From the NCBI GenBank assembly GCA_965112155.1, contig OZ218099.1: a stretch of 64,000 nucleotides of DNA, one strand, 5' to 3'. Below the pieces are notes generated by a model. That model was not told the DNA's origin. It worked only from the letters and a program-made list of their open reading frames with translations, and made no database searches. This stretch comes from Podarcis liolepis (Eukaryota). The position numbers were made by a program, and so were the translations under genes. This document shows positions 49,811-62,852 of the stretch, piece after piece; the stretch's first letter is position 1; each line of letters starts with the position of its first letter.

Positions 49811-50879
49811 TAGTTTTATTTTAGTATTTTTTCATTTCCATTAGTGCATAATAGTATTAGGCAATATGTATCAACTTTATTTGCATGATGAGCGTGTGAG
49901 CTAGGGCAGTTATACAGTAGGGCGCAAAGGCTGAAGTAGGGGTTGCCCAGCATCACCTGGTGAGTTAATGGGACTTGAACTGTCACTGAATGCAGCTCTA
50001 TCACTGTTCACTGGGCTACATTGACATTGGCAGCAAGATGTGTGGGAAGTACCTATTTGTGTTTTAGTCCTGTCCCCTGTTAAGTATACTTGGTGTCTAT
50101 GGAGCAATTGTCCCCATGCAAACCCACAGTTATAAGGTGCAAATAAATATTCTTGAAAAGATTAGTCTGTTTGATGCAGGAAGTCTGGAGCCTATAAAAC
50201 AAAAAGTGACTGTATTCCAAAGAAATGTGGTTGGCAGGTAGCCCAGTGCAGAGCTAATTTAGTGATCTAAGAGTTGGCTTGGTATTCTTGAGTAATTTCA
50301 GGATTTGTTTCTTATACTGATTAGGGCAGGAAAGCTAGAGGAAAATAGGTAGGGGAGACAGTCTTTCAGACTGAGCAACAAGTAGTAGAGATATAGGCAA
50401 CATGAGAAGTTGTTTGAATGAGGTCCATTTGGATGTGCCATAGAACCAAGAAGAGTAGAGTAGCCAGAATGAGTACAATAGCCAGAATATATATAGAAAA
50501 TCACTAATCCTCGAGTTGTAACTTTCTTCTATGCATGCAGTATTAGGAAAAAGAAGTACTTTTCCTGCAATAAATACAGCTTTAGGGAAGGTAATGGACA
50601 GTAGGATCTGCAAGGTTTCTAGTGGTAGGAATGGCAGTAGAACAATATTTCATTGTTCAGGCAGCTGAACAAATAATTGTATGTTTGCAGCATTATTATA
50701 AGAATTGTTGATGCAGGTAATGATCTGGCTGGAGAGGGCAAATTGCTCCTGGAAAACATGTCTTTGGTTTACACAATCTCTCATTTGAAACATTCACAGT
50801 TGAATAAATATGTTATATTATACTGAGTAAACATGGCTCAAACCTTATCCTACATTTCATTTTCACAACTGCTACCATC

Positions 50880-50921
50880 ATGTTACAAATTCATCATATC
50901 AGTGCGGTTCAACATAGTGAG
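50880..50921 (+). CDS. Second candidate alternative first coding exon (MLQIHHISAVQHSE)
   Basis: ATG with A at -3 (accatcATG), 14 codons, strong donor GAG|gtatgt in phase 0 with exon 7; no homology recognised. Confidence 0.35.
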
Positions 50922-51853
50922 GTATGTAAGGCAGCTCAATACGTGTGGATAATAAATGTGATGGATATAAAATAGAGGCAGAGATTTATGTTAAAAATGG
51001 CAGGCAGCACAAAGGTTGCTTGTCTCAAATAGGTATTTTGTGCATTCATGCACCTCATTTCAGCTTTGTAGATTTATTAGTCTGTTTTCTTAAAAATAAT
51101 TCACATTAGCTCATTCAGTCTCTTTCACCCACTATACAAATTCTGGTTGGTACCACACGGTTCAGCATAGATGTTGCCAACTACTGATTTATAAAGAGGA
51201 GGGACCAATATGCTTCTAGCAGAATCTATTACAATCTGAATTCTTTTAGTTTATATAGAGAAGAGGAGTAATTTTGGATTCACTTGTCAACTGAACATAA
51301 AATACTGATTCTATCTTGAGGGAAATGTAGCTCTGCTTACAGTGATAACTACTTATTCGCTCAGTCAGAAATATAAAGCCAACTTTTAAAAATGATATCC
51401 AATAAATGTAGACTGCATCTGAATTTTATTTTCTTTAAAATAGCAAATATTTCTAGATTTCACTGTAATAGCACCCAGAGAGATGGTGCTGGTGTTAGTA
51501 TGTGGTACAGTTGACCATGCAAATGAGATTCAGCCACTTCTTAAATGAATTTACAGTCCACTGAAGAATCCAGTCCACTATTTTAACTTTTAACTTTTAA
51601 TAAAGGCTTGCTAATGGATGCCCAAATAACACCCATGGCAATTTTCACCAACTTCAATAGGTACTGCAGCTTTAGCCCTTCTCGAAGAAACATGATCTTG
51701 CTTTGGTGAATCATGCCATGATAACATTTTACATGGGGTTGTCTTTGGAAACTGGCAGCTGGTTGAAAATATAGTTGCTACTATATTTATCTGGTGATTT
51801 AAGCATCTGTACTGGTTTTAGGTTTGTTTATGGGCATAATTAAATCCCTAAAT

Positions 51854-51989
51854 CAGGGATGAGAAACCAGCTCTCCAAACGTTGCTGAACTCCCAACTCT
51901 CATCAGTCCCAGCCAGCGTGGACAGTGGTCAGGGATGATAGGAGTTGTAGTCCAACAGTATCTGGAAGACCACAGGTTTCTCACTGCTG
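51854..51989. mobile_element. hAT MITE (136 bp) nested in an old L2 fragment (about 51720-52330)
   Basis: 8-bp TSD ccctaaat (51846-51853 and 51990-51997); the flank continues as L2 ALNGLG. Confidence 0.85.
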
Positions 51990-53299
51990 CCCTAAATGGT
52001 CTGGGATATTGGTATTGTCTGCTTCCAATGAACCTCCAAACAGTTAGGATCTTTGGAGCCTCTGCTTTGAACATCACTGCCTTCAAAGATAAAGGGCCTG
52101 GCTATCTAGGACAATGCTTTCTCTGGGTGGTGCCCTAACTGTGAAACCCCCTCCCCAAAATTATTGGCCATGTATTCATGCACTAGATTAAAAGTTTGTG
52201 TCCCCCCCTTAATAACTTAAGTTTTTTGCATCTCGGTTAATGGCTAGTGCATAATTGTTGACGTGATATTTGATTTAATGTTTTATTTTGTAACTTGTTA
52301 TGGAAATCTTACAGGCAGAATATAAGATAAAATATAGGCAGATATGTCATGGATATATTAATTTACATATAAGTTGACTATGTGATGATGTTGGCTAATG
52401 GGCATTTATGTCTGCTCACCTTCAGTGTTCTAGAATGGCAGACATGCAGGTGCTACTGAATTTAGTATTTCCCCTCCACACACACACACCAAATAGAATA
52501 CCTAGGACTTAGTAAATGTAGGTTGTCTTGCTTCAGAGCTGCCTTTGTGATTACATAAAGAGGTCATGCAAGTATATGCCAGGATCTCATCTAATGTGCT
52601 GACAGAAAGCCAATTAATTCTCAGCCAGGGGATTTATCCCCCCCCCCCTTGCTTTCTTTCTTTAATATAAGCAGCCTGACATTCGGGCCAATCTGTTAGC
52701 TGGCTTTTGAAACTACTATTCAAATCTGGAAACTTCCTAATGTCCTTGGAACATGTTCACTATTTCGCATCTGCTGTTCTTTAGCAGGTGTTCAGAAAAA
52801 TACAACTTGCAGATTCTCAATCTGAGCACATTGCTTCTGTTCACAGTTATGATTTTCTCTTTTAAAAAAGAAATACAGTTTTAAGCAGGTTGTTTTGAAA
52901 TATGCTAAAATTGAGTTAACTCAAGGTGTGCTTTAAATCTTTCCACTTATTCTTTCTATTTTTAGGAACAGTATTACAACATTTGGAGCACAGGCTCAAA
53001 TGAACACGATGTCTTAATAGCTGTCATTCTGCTTCTGAACTAAATATTTTATTATTGTAATTAAATTACAGATAATCATTTCAGGTAGTGAAATTATATT
53101 TATTGTGTTAACACTTTTGTATTATGCCAAACACACTGTACTAATAATTGTTGCATAATGTGATAGTAACAGATGTTTGCAGAATGCATTTGCAAAGAAG
53201 CATGTGGCAGCAGAGGCTACTGAAGTATTATTGTTTCCCAGCACTGGAAAATGGAGGTGCTTAGGTTAGAATGTGGAACCACTTGCATACAAAGCATTT

Positions 53300-53750
53300 A
53301 TTATTATTTGGTCCAATTTATGAAACACTTCCCATAAAACATCTTAAAGCAATTTCACAGTAAAAACATAACCAATGAAAACAATTCCATTATATAAAAA
53401 CAATGAAACAATTTCATATGTAAAATTCATTTCCTATTCAATACAGGTATAGCCTAGGATATTGATCTCCTTTTGAAAGGCTTGTTTTAAAAAAGAAGGT
53501 CTTTAATTGGCACCAAAAAGGCAATAGAGACTGTGCCTGTTTGATGTATAACAGGAACGAGTTTCAAAGGTTAGGTGCCACCACACTGAAGAACAGATCT
53601 CTATATCTTATGGAACAGATCTCTTGATCTGCAGGAAACCCTCATCTGTAGAAAGAGTGACCAGTTGGGTACGCAGAGGGTAGGATGCTCTTTTAGCTTT
53701 TGTGGTCCCAAGAGGTGTACTTTGTACACCAGAACCAACACCTTGAACTT
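53300..53750 (-). mobile_element. Old L2 3' fragment
   Basis: accaacaccttgaact (FKVLV on the minus strand), ggtgccaccacactgaag, AT-rich 3' UTR. Confidence 0.55.
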
Positions 53751-53983
53751 AGCAAAGTGCAATTTTTACATGCACAAGTTTTCACTGTAAGTTGTTTTCC
53801 TAAACTCAACGAGGCTTAATATGTAGTTGGTAACTGACAATATTTCAACCAAATTTAAAAAAAATAATGCAATGTATATTGCATTTTCTCAGTCAGCATT
53901 AAATTATATCAAGTTAAACATAGCATGAATTGCTTGAAATTGAAAGCCTATTTAACTTCCCTTACATTGCACTTTGCTTCCAG

Positions 53984-54115
53984 CTTCCTGCAGACCTGAC
54001 CAAGATGCATCTCACAGATGGTCAACATCCACAGGTGACACATGTCCCTTCAAGTCAGTCTGGTTGCAGCATTGCTAGTGATTCTGGGAGTAGCAGTTTA
54101 TCTGACATCTACCAA
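53984..54115 (+). CDS. RAPGEF6: RAPGEF6 exon 7 (132 nt, [44 protein letters not shown])
   Basis: cttccag| and |gtaagt; [10 protein letters not shown] and GCSIASD match RAPGEF6 (RAPGEF2 has LPADFTKLHL and GCSITSD); includes the DSGxxS degron-like motif. Confidence 0.97.
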
Positions 54116-54252
54116 GTAAGTCCAAAATTTGTTTTAACATTCTGTTTTCATAAAAAGAGGGAGGACCTAAATGGTTGAATCCCTGTATGCTAGCAGAAGC
54201 ATAAGATTGCTATCATATACTTTTAAAGTTTGACAGCACAATGAACAAAATA

Positions 54253-54477
54253 CAGTGGTACCTCAGGTTAAGTACTTAATTTGTTCCGGAGGTCCGTACT
54301 AAACCTGAAACTGTTCTTAACCTGAAGCACCACTTTAGCTAATGGGGCCTCCTGCTGCCGCCGCACCACTGGAGCACAATTTCTGTTCTCATCCTGAAGC
54401 AAAGTTCTTAACCCGAGGTAATATTTCTGGGTTAGCGGAGTCTGTAACTGAAGTGTATGTAACCCGAGGTACCACTG
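54253..54477 (+). mobile_element. Tc1/mariner-type MITE (CAGTGGTACCTC family)
   Basis: TA|cagtggtacctc ... gaggtaccactg|TA, 138 nt downstream of exon 7. Confidence 0.92.
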
Positions 54478-54840
54478 TAATATGTTGGGTTCAGTAAGAC
54501 CAGAGGAATATTAAGTTTTGATTTGGAAGATAATGATGTTATTTGTTTCAGGTTAAAATCTTACTGAAATAATAATAAAATCAGTGTTTGTGATAATAGG
54601 TAGTTATTCAAGTGATACCTGGCTATTGTAACCAATGGAGGTTTTCCCCCCATGATGCCTAAAGAAGCAATGTATCAACTGAGATTTAGGATACAATCAG
54701 AGGTGTTTTGGTGTCCTGAGTCCCAAGCCACTGAACAATCACTAGGCTCAGCAGCAACTGAAAAGGAGGGCAGTGCTCTTAATGATATGTGTGTGTGTTG
54801 AAGTCAACTTAAGCAAATGGCAGATTAGAGTGAGTTTGGC

Positions 54841-54866
54841 TTAATTAATTAATTAATTAATTAATT
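54841..54866. repeat. (TTAA)n microsatellite
   Basis: about 6 units, self-complementary. Confidence 0.9.
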
Positions 54867-57800
54867 ATTGTCAACTGTTTGACAATAATAGATTGGGTAA
54901 AAGCTGGGTTGCTTCCAACATTAGGCCTATTCAGAGTAGACTCACTGGAATAAATTAATATGGGTAACTTAAATGATCTAGGTTCAATTCTTCTACACTA
55001 ACTTTGTTGGATACAACCCTTTATATTTTACATTAGTCTCATTAAATGTGCATATAGAGCTGTTTGCGAAATAGGAAGGAAACAGTGCTTAAACAATATA
55101 AATAGACTTAAGTATGTGTTTCTAGTTTGATGTAGGCACACTTTGTATCATTGGGTTATTGAGAGTTTTTTATACAGAGCTTCAGGCTTCTGCACTGCTA
55201 GGGGAACAAATGACATGAACCCTGCTAAACTCTTCAGCCTCCTTTTCTTCTTCTTTCGGTTGGCCGGGGGGGCGTGGCTTTTGGCTATTTGAACCCATGT
55301 GTCTTTATTCAACTTAGGGGGGAGGCCTTGGGGGTCTTGACACGCAACTTAAGGCTGCCTTATAATGAAACTTGTGTCTCACTAAAGAGCTTGTAGTACA
55401 AAAAAAAATTGTGAAAGATTTGGATCAAAATTCCTATGACTACAGGGAAGATTATTTGAATTCAAGAGTCAGACAACAATATATAGTAGGACAGCTATAT
55501 CTCAGTGGTAGAGCAATTGCTTTGTATGACAAAAGCCCCATATTCAACCTGCCGCATCTCCAAGTTCATCTGGAAAACACCCCTGTTTTAAACCCTGGAA
55601 AGGTTTAAAACAGTGCTGAGACAGTGCTGAGCTGGATAGACTAGCGGTTTTACTCTTTGTAAGGCAGATTCCTATTTTCCTATATCTGTTCCTGCTTAAT
55701 TCTCTCTGTGGATTCAGACAACTGCTTAAAAGTGAACTATGTGGTGGCTCCAAATGTATAGAAAGCCAGGCATCTATACCTTACGGCCATGCAGTAAGCC
55801 CAGAATAATTAGTCTCCTGCCCGGACCATCAGCTTCTAGACATTCATGGTGGGAAAGACTGTAGAAGAGTCTATGTATGTGAGCTTTAAAAAAAAAAAGA
55901 CAAAAGGGGAAAAAAAAGATTGCACAGCTGGGTTAAACATGTCAGATTCATGCATTCCTAAGTCATGGAATAGCTTGGGATATGTCCTGGAATATTTCCA
56001 GCCCCATGTTTCAGGCCCCATTCATGTAGTGGTGGATAGAAAATGGCCAGAGTTTCCAACCAGAGTTTTCACAAGGCCAGCTGATGAGCAACAAATTGCT
56101 TTCCATTTGTGTTTCCCCTGAGGCCTTTTGGATGTGCTGTATTATTATTATTTTTATATAATAAAGTAGTTGTCAAAGTTAAGAGGCCTGATTAAGGCTG
56201 AAGTCCTATGCATACTTATCTAGCAGCAAGTCTACTATAATTGGTTAGATTTAAACAAGCATAGAACTAGGTGGTAAGGCAATATTCAGCAGATCACGAT
56301 TCTTTCATAAATTACAGGGTAATTTCTCTATTAGTCTGAACACAATCCATCCAAGGTTTAAGGAAAAGTGGTGGGCAGGAAAAGCAATAGATGTGGGAAA
56401 GATATGTTATTCCTCCTTGCTACTTCTTGCTCATAATTACTTCTTCCTGTTTGGTTCTTGTTACGCACATGTGCATTTAACATTTAGCTCCACCCTTCTT
56501 CCAAATTAATATTGTGGAGTAAGTCACACAACTTCTTTGATATATGCTGGATTCTATAAAAAGCAACTTAATTATTTCACTTCTGTTTAGTCTGTATCTA
56601 AATACATCTTGGAGGTTATATTCATCATTGATCCACTATAGGTTAATAATTAATGTTCCCTAAAGTACATTAAGTGACAGTGGATGACCTTGGCATAATT
56701 GATATGCTTTAATTGTTTTGTTGTCATCTACTACTTCTACTGTAGATTTTTCTTAAGCAGTGCACAATGATAGACTGAGTTTTAAAAAGTAATGTTAAAT
56801 GAGGCTTATTCCATCCAAAGGTACATAAAATCAATTAACAGAGTGTTTCAGAATATCAAGAAGTCGATCTGTAGTCTCTAAAGATTGTGTGCTAACATTC
56901 CAAAGTCTACATATGCAGGATGAATATATTCACATCGATTATTATAACTTTTATCTGATATCCTTGATAATGTATGTATTGAAGCTGACACTTTATGTAA
57001 TCTCTGTGTGGTTGGGGGATCAGCTGTTAAAGTAGTGGTTCTGTCACCTTACATGAGCTGCTGTTAAGGCTGACTGTGAAAGAAGTCCGTGAATGTAACC
57101 ACATATCTCTCTTTTGAATAGATCCAGGACCTCAGTTTTAAACTCCAAGGTGTAACATCTCTTGGGTCTATGATTTACTTACAGATGTGAAAACACTGAC
57201 CTATGCGCTGCTTACTTGAACTGAATGTGGCACAGAGTGAATGTTTTTACATACACAATAAATTATGTGTAGGGTTGAGATCTTTTACAAATGTTAATTT
57301 GACAGCATAATCCTTGCAGCAAACATTTTAAATAAATATTATCAGTACTGTTCCAGAAAACGTTCTTACTTTCTTAGCTCATAATCAATGTGTCTTCCTT
57401 CTATTTCATATTTACAACAGCAGAACTGGAATGTTTTTATTGCTTTCCATCTGCTGTATAGGTTGATAATCATGTAACTGAATCTCTTCCTGTTGTCATG
57501 TAGTAAGCACATTTGTTTCCATATTTATTTGCCCTCTTTAAATTGCTTAGGGCATTTGCCCTATAACCATATGTTAACAAAATTGATCTGCAACTGGATT
57601 TCATCATAGCTAATGGGACAAATACAGTATTTTTTCTGTCCATGCTGATCATTGCAGCTACTGCTTTGTGTGAATTTGAGACTCTGATCCTTTGATCATT
57701 TTTTCTGCATCAAAATTATCTATCATGAAATTACTAGACGAAAATATGTAAGTTTCGTGGAACACTGAAAGAGGATGTGGTGTAAATAGGTGTAAATAGA

Positions 57801-60284
57801 TTCCTTTGTGTATCTTCTCCCACAGATATTAAAATAAATATTGTACTTGGGACTCCAAGTGATCTCTCAGTTGCCTCCATCTTCTTTGGTTCAATACTAC
57901 TGATGCTCTAAGACTGGATCCCTGAATATCCATTTATATTTTCTGAATGTTTCTTCTTTCCCTGAAGAAGAGACTATTCCTTTAATATATAGATCAGGGA
58001 TGGGGAATTAGATCCAGCTGTACAGTTGAATCCAGAAGTAGCCAACCTGCTGTAGACCACTTTGACAGGTGGGCGGAGGGCACCTTTCAATCACCTGAGA
58101 ACATATAACATCAGATTACTTAAACTTTAAACTATATCTGTAGAGAAATTTGAAGTTCAGTGTGCTTAGTCAGCAGCTTTTGAAGGTGGTCAGATACACA
58201 TGAGAGCAAACAGGAGCTCCCAAGGGTATTTTGTTCTATCACTCCTGAAAGTGGTGTGGCAGGGTAATATTCCTTTGCAGTTGTGGCTTGAATTCAGCAC
58301 AGTTTGAAATTATGTCTTTACCTGTCTTGTTCCTGATGTCATATGATGGACTGGTGGGCATGGCTTGGAATAAGCAGCCAAGTGGGCCAAATGGGGGAGC
58401 CTAATGGGGCCAAATTGGAGAAGAGCTCTTTGTTCAAGAGGTTAATAAACTACCTAAGTAATTAAAATAAATTCTGTGGGTCTTATTCATTGTGGGTCTG
58501 CTAGAAGCCAGTATAAGAAATTATCACTAGCATAACACAACTTCCTCCCTCTCTTCCCCCTACCCAGTGTTTTCCTGCACCATCCCCAAATCTGCTTTGG
58601 AGAGTCAGGACATCATGCAGAGGAGAGGAGTGATGGTTTCCTTGGGCAAGCAGAAATATTTGTGCTGACAGAGCTATCTCTGCAGATATATTGAATACAG
58701 CTTTAAATAATTAGGCCCATGGGCCAGAAGTTCGCTACAACTGATCTAGATATACAGAAATCATGAGTTGAGTTCCTTCTCCCAGAAATGTTGACTGTCC
58801 TTCACGAAGGCCATGCTTGGCAGTGAACTAAACCCTTTCCCCCACGCAACCCACACGGTTTGTTCATCTAGACCTTGAGTAGCTCCCCGCACCCTCAGCG
58901 GATGAGCATGCTGAAAATTGGCCAACCTCCTGGGGGCTGCATATTGGTGATGGCTGTGGTCAAAGTGGCAAACACATGTTTTGCTGTGTAAACATACATA
59001 CATACTCTCCAGAACACACATACAGACCTTCACACGCACTATACATTCTGACAGATGCAGAAACAGACACTGAGAAACACCAAAAATGCAAGTTCATATT
59101 CAGCAGTGCTCTCTCACTGTGTGTGTGTCTCCATGGAGTTGGAAAAAGCCCTCTTCTTACCCTACCAATCCACTCTTCTTCTTCTGGTGTGGTGCCATCA
59201 GAAGGAGGTCCTTTTCTTGAGGCTTTTTGCAAGACCATCTTGCAATAGTTCCAGAGGGAAAATAGAGGCTTTTCCAAAGTAAGAAGAGATGCCAAGTTTT
59301 GAAGAGGGGCTAGTGGGCTGACAGAGACCTTATTCAGATGATCTTTAATGTTACCTGAATTTACCTTTCAACTTTTGGTTGATTTAACTGTTTCTGATTT
59401 AGTGTTCCATAAGTTAAATTGTACCTTTATTACAATATTATTTTAAAAATACAAGCTATAAACGGTGATTCTGCTTGACAAAACCATTTGTCAAAGGAAA
59501 TGCTGCTGCATCGTACAAAGTGCTAGATTGTACAAATGCTAAATCTTTCTATTTTTAAACTGCCACTTGACCTTACTTGCCAGGAGTTTTCTATATATGT
59601 TAGCCATATAGGAATCAAATGAGCTGCTGCTTTGATAGACTGTTGAGAGTCTCTTGAAGGGCTGAGTTTTATGTTCCCCACATATTCAAAGAAACTCTGA
59701 ACCTTTTAGAGAACAAGCTGGATCTGCTGAGGTTAGCTGACCTTGCCTAGCTTGAGTTTAAATCTACCGGCATCATATGATATGGCCTAGTTGCAGATAA
59801 TAAATGCTTAAATCATTCTGTTTAAATGTACAATCACTCTTTTAGCCATCTTAACAATTTTTCCCTTTAGGATATAATATTATTGTTTATGTTAAATTGG
59901 TTATAGGGTAGAACTTGTCAGTTTTGTTCTGACTTACTTTCTGCTGCAGACAGCACCAGCTTTATGGTCCTGAAAATCTGTTAATTTCTGTGTTCGTTAT
60001 TGATGGAATTTAACATTTGGATTTCACAAATACCTATGCAAGTGGAATATTCTAGTCCTGCTCTACTGATTATCACCAATCCCATTCCCCCCAAAAATCA
60101 CAAGGGTCCATTAGTGACGAGTATAACTTGTTTGCCCACAGGGCAGCTGGAGGCTATCCACAGAGCTCTTCCAGGCTGTTCATTTGGCTGGTAGTTGATA
60201 TTACCAGAACAAAGTGGATTTGTGTCAAAATTTATGTGCTTAATTTTCAGCAACTTAAAGAACTTGCATTGATTTTATGTACAG

Positions 60285-60465
60285 GCTACCGAAAGTGAGA
60301 TGGGAGATGTAGATCTAACTGGTCTCCCAGAAGCACCAGTTGATTCTGAAGACGATGAAGAAGAAGATGAAGACATTGACAGAACTTCAGATCCACTGCT
60401 GGGGAGAGATGTTGTACGGGAATGCCTTGAAAAGGAACCGGCTGACAAAACAGATGATGACATTG
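60285..60465 (+). CDS. RAPGEF6: RAPGEF6 exon 8 (181 nt, [60 protein letters not shown])
   Basis: gtacag| and |gtgaga; acidic stretch and [14 protein letters not shown] as in human RAPGEF6; phase 0 to 1. Confidence 0.97.
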
Positions 60466-60847
60466 GTGAGATGTAAAAAGAAAGAAAGTACTTCTACATA
60501 GTTTCAACAGATTATCCCTAATAATCTAGTAATTTGAAAGTTAATGACAAACTGATATAGTAGCGTATTTTACAGACACATGCCAATCCTTATGTAGCCA
60601 AAGTGGCACCATTGACGTATATGAGAGAGATAGTAGCAGGCTTGGGAGAACCCTAAGGTTTGCAGAGGTACATTTCAAAACAAAACAAAAGAATGACCCC
60701 CTCCCACAAAAGAGCCCCAGCCGTTTTGGTTGACATTTGGAGAGGGAGAGAATGGAACTGAGAATCCTTGAAGAGAGCGTGTCTGTCTGGCTAAAACTCT
60801 GAACTGAAGCAGTTCACAATGCAACATTTTGTTGCAGGTCTCACTTA

Positions 60848-61333
60848 CCGTATTTTTCGCCTCATAGGATGCACCGGCCCATAGGACGCACCTAGTTTTT
60901 TCAGGGGGAAATAAAAACTTTTTTATTTCCTCCCCAGGTGCGGGGCTGGGGCGGGGGAAGCCCGAGCTTCCCCCGACCCCAGCCCCCAGAACAGGCTGCT
61001 ATCCGCAAGCCATGGGAGAGCTGCGTGACTTCGCGCGGCTCTCCCACGGCTAGCGGAGCGCTGTGCGAAGCCCGAAGCTTGGGGCGTGCTGAGCTCAGCA
61101 CGCCCCAAGCTTCTGGGTGCAGGCAAGCTCTCCGCTAGCCGTCGGAGAGCTGCGTCTCCCACGGCTAGCGGATAGCTTCCTGAAGCCTGGAGAGCGAGAG
61201 GGGTCGGTGCGCACTGACCCCCCTCGCTCTCCAGGCTTCAGCGAAAGCCTGCATTCGCCCCATAGGACGCACACAACATTTCCCCTTCATTTTTGGAGGG
61301 GGGAAAGTGCGTCCTATAGGAAGAAAAATGCAG
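60848..61333. mobile_element. Young CpG-rich pogo/Tc2-like MITE with internal palindromes
   Basis: TA|ccgtatttttcgc ... gaaaaatgcag|TA; subterminal cataggacgcac repeats. Confidence 0.85.
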
Positions 61334-61940
61334 TATCTATTTACACACATTCCCTTTGTCTTTATCTATAGCTAACCTCATATATCGCATAAAATATATA
61401 GATTGTGTGTGAATGTATAGGCAGGGGAAGCAACCACCCACTAAATGTTATCAATTCCTATGCATATAGGACCCAAGCATCTTGCTGCACTTCCAAGTGT
61501 GCAGATTGGGCCATTCTAACACTGGACTGGTATTTCTTACTTTCCTCCTTGTGTACTATTAACATGGGGTTGGATCCAAATAACTATGAGTAATAGAACA
61601 ATAGTTGCTGGCATAGTTTTGCAAAGTCTTTCACAAGAGTTTGCATAATGCTAAAATAGCTCTATAGCAGTTCTCATGCTTCTTCTTTCATAATAAGTTT
61701 CACTTTTTCTCATTCAAAAGTCCCATTTTTGAGTAGAAGATGCCTTTGCATGCTGAAGGTCCTCTTTGATTCCAACTCATTGTAACCATTCTTATTAACT
61801 AACATAAATTGATGCGTGACACAAATACAGATTGAAATCCATTTTTGATATATTAAATACTACCAACCTGCATGGTAGTGAAACCTAAGTAAATGTTGCC
61901 TTGCTTTGTTTCTAACATATATTTATTTTTGTTCTTATAG

Positions 61941-62077
61941 AACAATTACTGGAATTCATGCACCAGCTTCCAGCATTTGCAAACATGACTATGTCTGTAA
62001 GGAGAGAACTCTGCTCAGTGATGATATTTGAAGTTGTAGAACAAGCAGGAGCCATCATTCTTAATGATGGGCAAGAA
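61941..62077 (+). CDS. RAPGEF6: RAPGEF6 exon 9 (137 nt, [45 protein letters not shown]), cNMP-binding-like domain
   Basis: cttatag| and |gtaagt; near-identical to the recalled human sequence. Confidence 0.97.
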
Positions 62078-62852
62078 GTAAGTACTGAATAATGCATGCC
62101 GTGATCATGTTGCTATGTGATCATCAAACACCTATAATATATATATTTTTACCATGCAGATAAGGGTGAAATGTTTTCAGTTTTACAGCATATGTAGCAG
62201 TGCATAACTCCCCAGTGTCAGTGCATATTATCAAAAGCTCCAAAAACATTTCACAGGGGTTTTTTATGACCTACTGCTAGCTTATTTCAAATGTCAAACC
62301 ATGTTTCTATCCCTTAGATATAGGCCTGGTTTGTACAACATGGTAACACAAACTATGGCTTAGTGAAACTTTGCAAACGTGGGCTCCCAGAGAGGTGATT
62401 GCAGCTGTTTTGTTCCTCCCTGGACTTTTTTATTCCTGGATCACAATGATTTGGATCTGGGCTCATGGTTAAGTTTTTTTCTCACTGGCCATGAGTTTGT
62501 AACTAAGATGTGCCATGCGAACCAAGCCATAGTTTCTCAAATGCACCTGATGAATGTTTTGAACTCAAGCAACAATACCACATCCTGAATCTTGCATTAG
62601 AATGACAATCCTAATTAAGGATTTCTGTCCGAATATCTCATTCATCTCTGTGTTTCTTCCTGATCTGGTCATGGAAGATGGGTACCGGTTGTTAACATTA
62701 CTACTAAATTAATCATTTTTATTGTTACCCCAATGGTTATATTGCTGTTGCAGAGGCATACTAAGCATCCAGTGAGCCTTCTGTTTAGCTTATTGTTGAT
62801 ACAGTTGGATGCTTAAGATAATTGAAATGCTTTTATTGGGTTTTCTTTCTAG

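Noticed and set aside
56081-56105. CTGATGA followed by a short stem, as a hammerhead candidate
   Set aside because: No GAAA after stem II and no stem III or NUH site.
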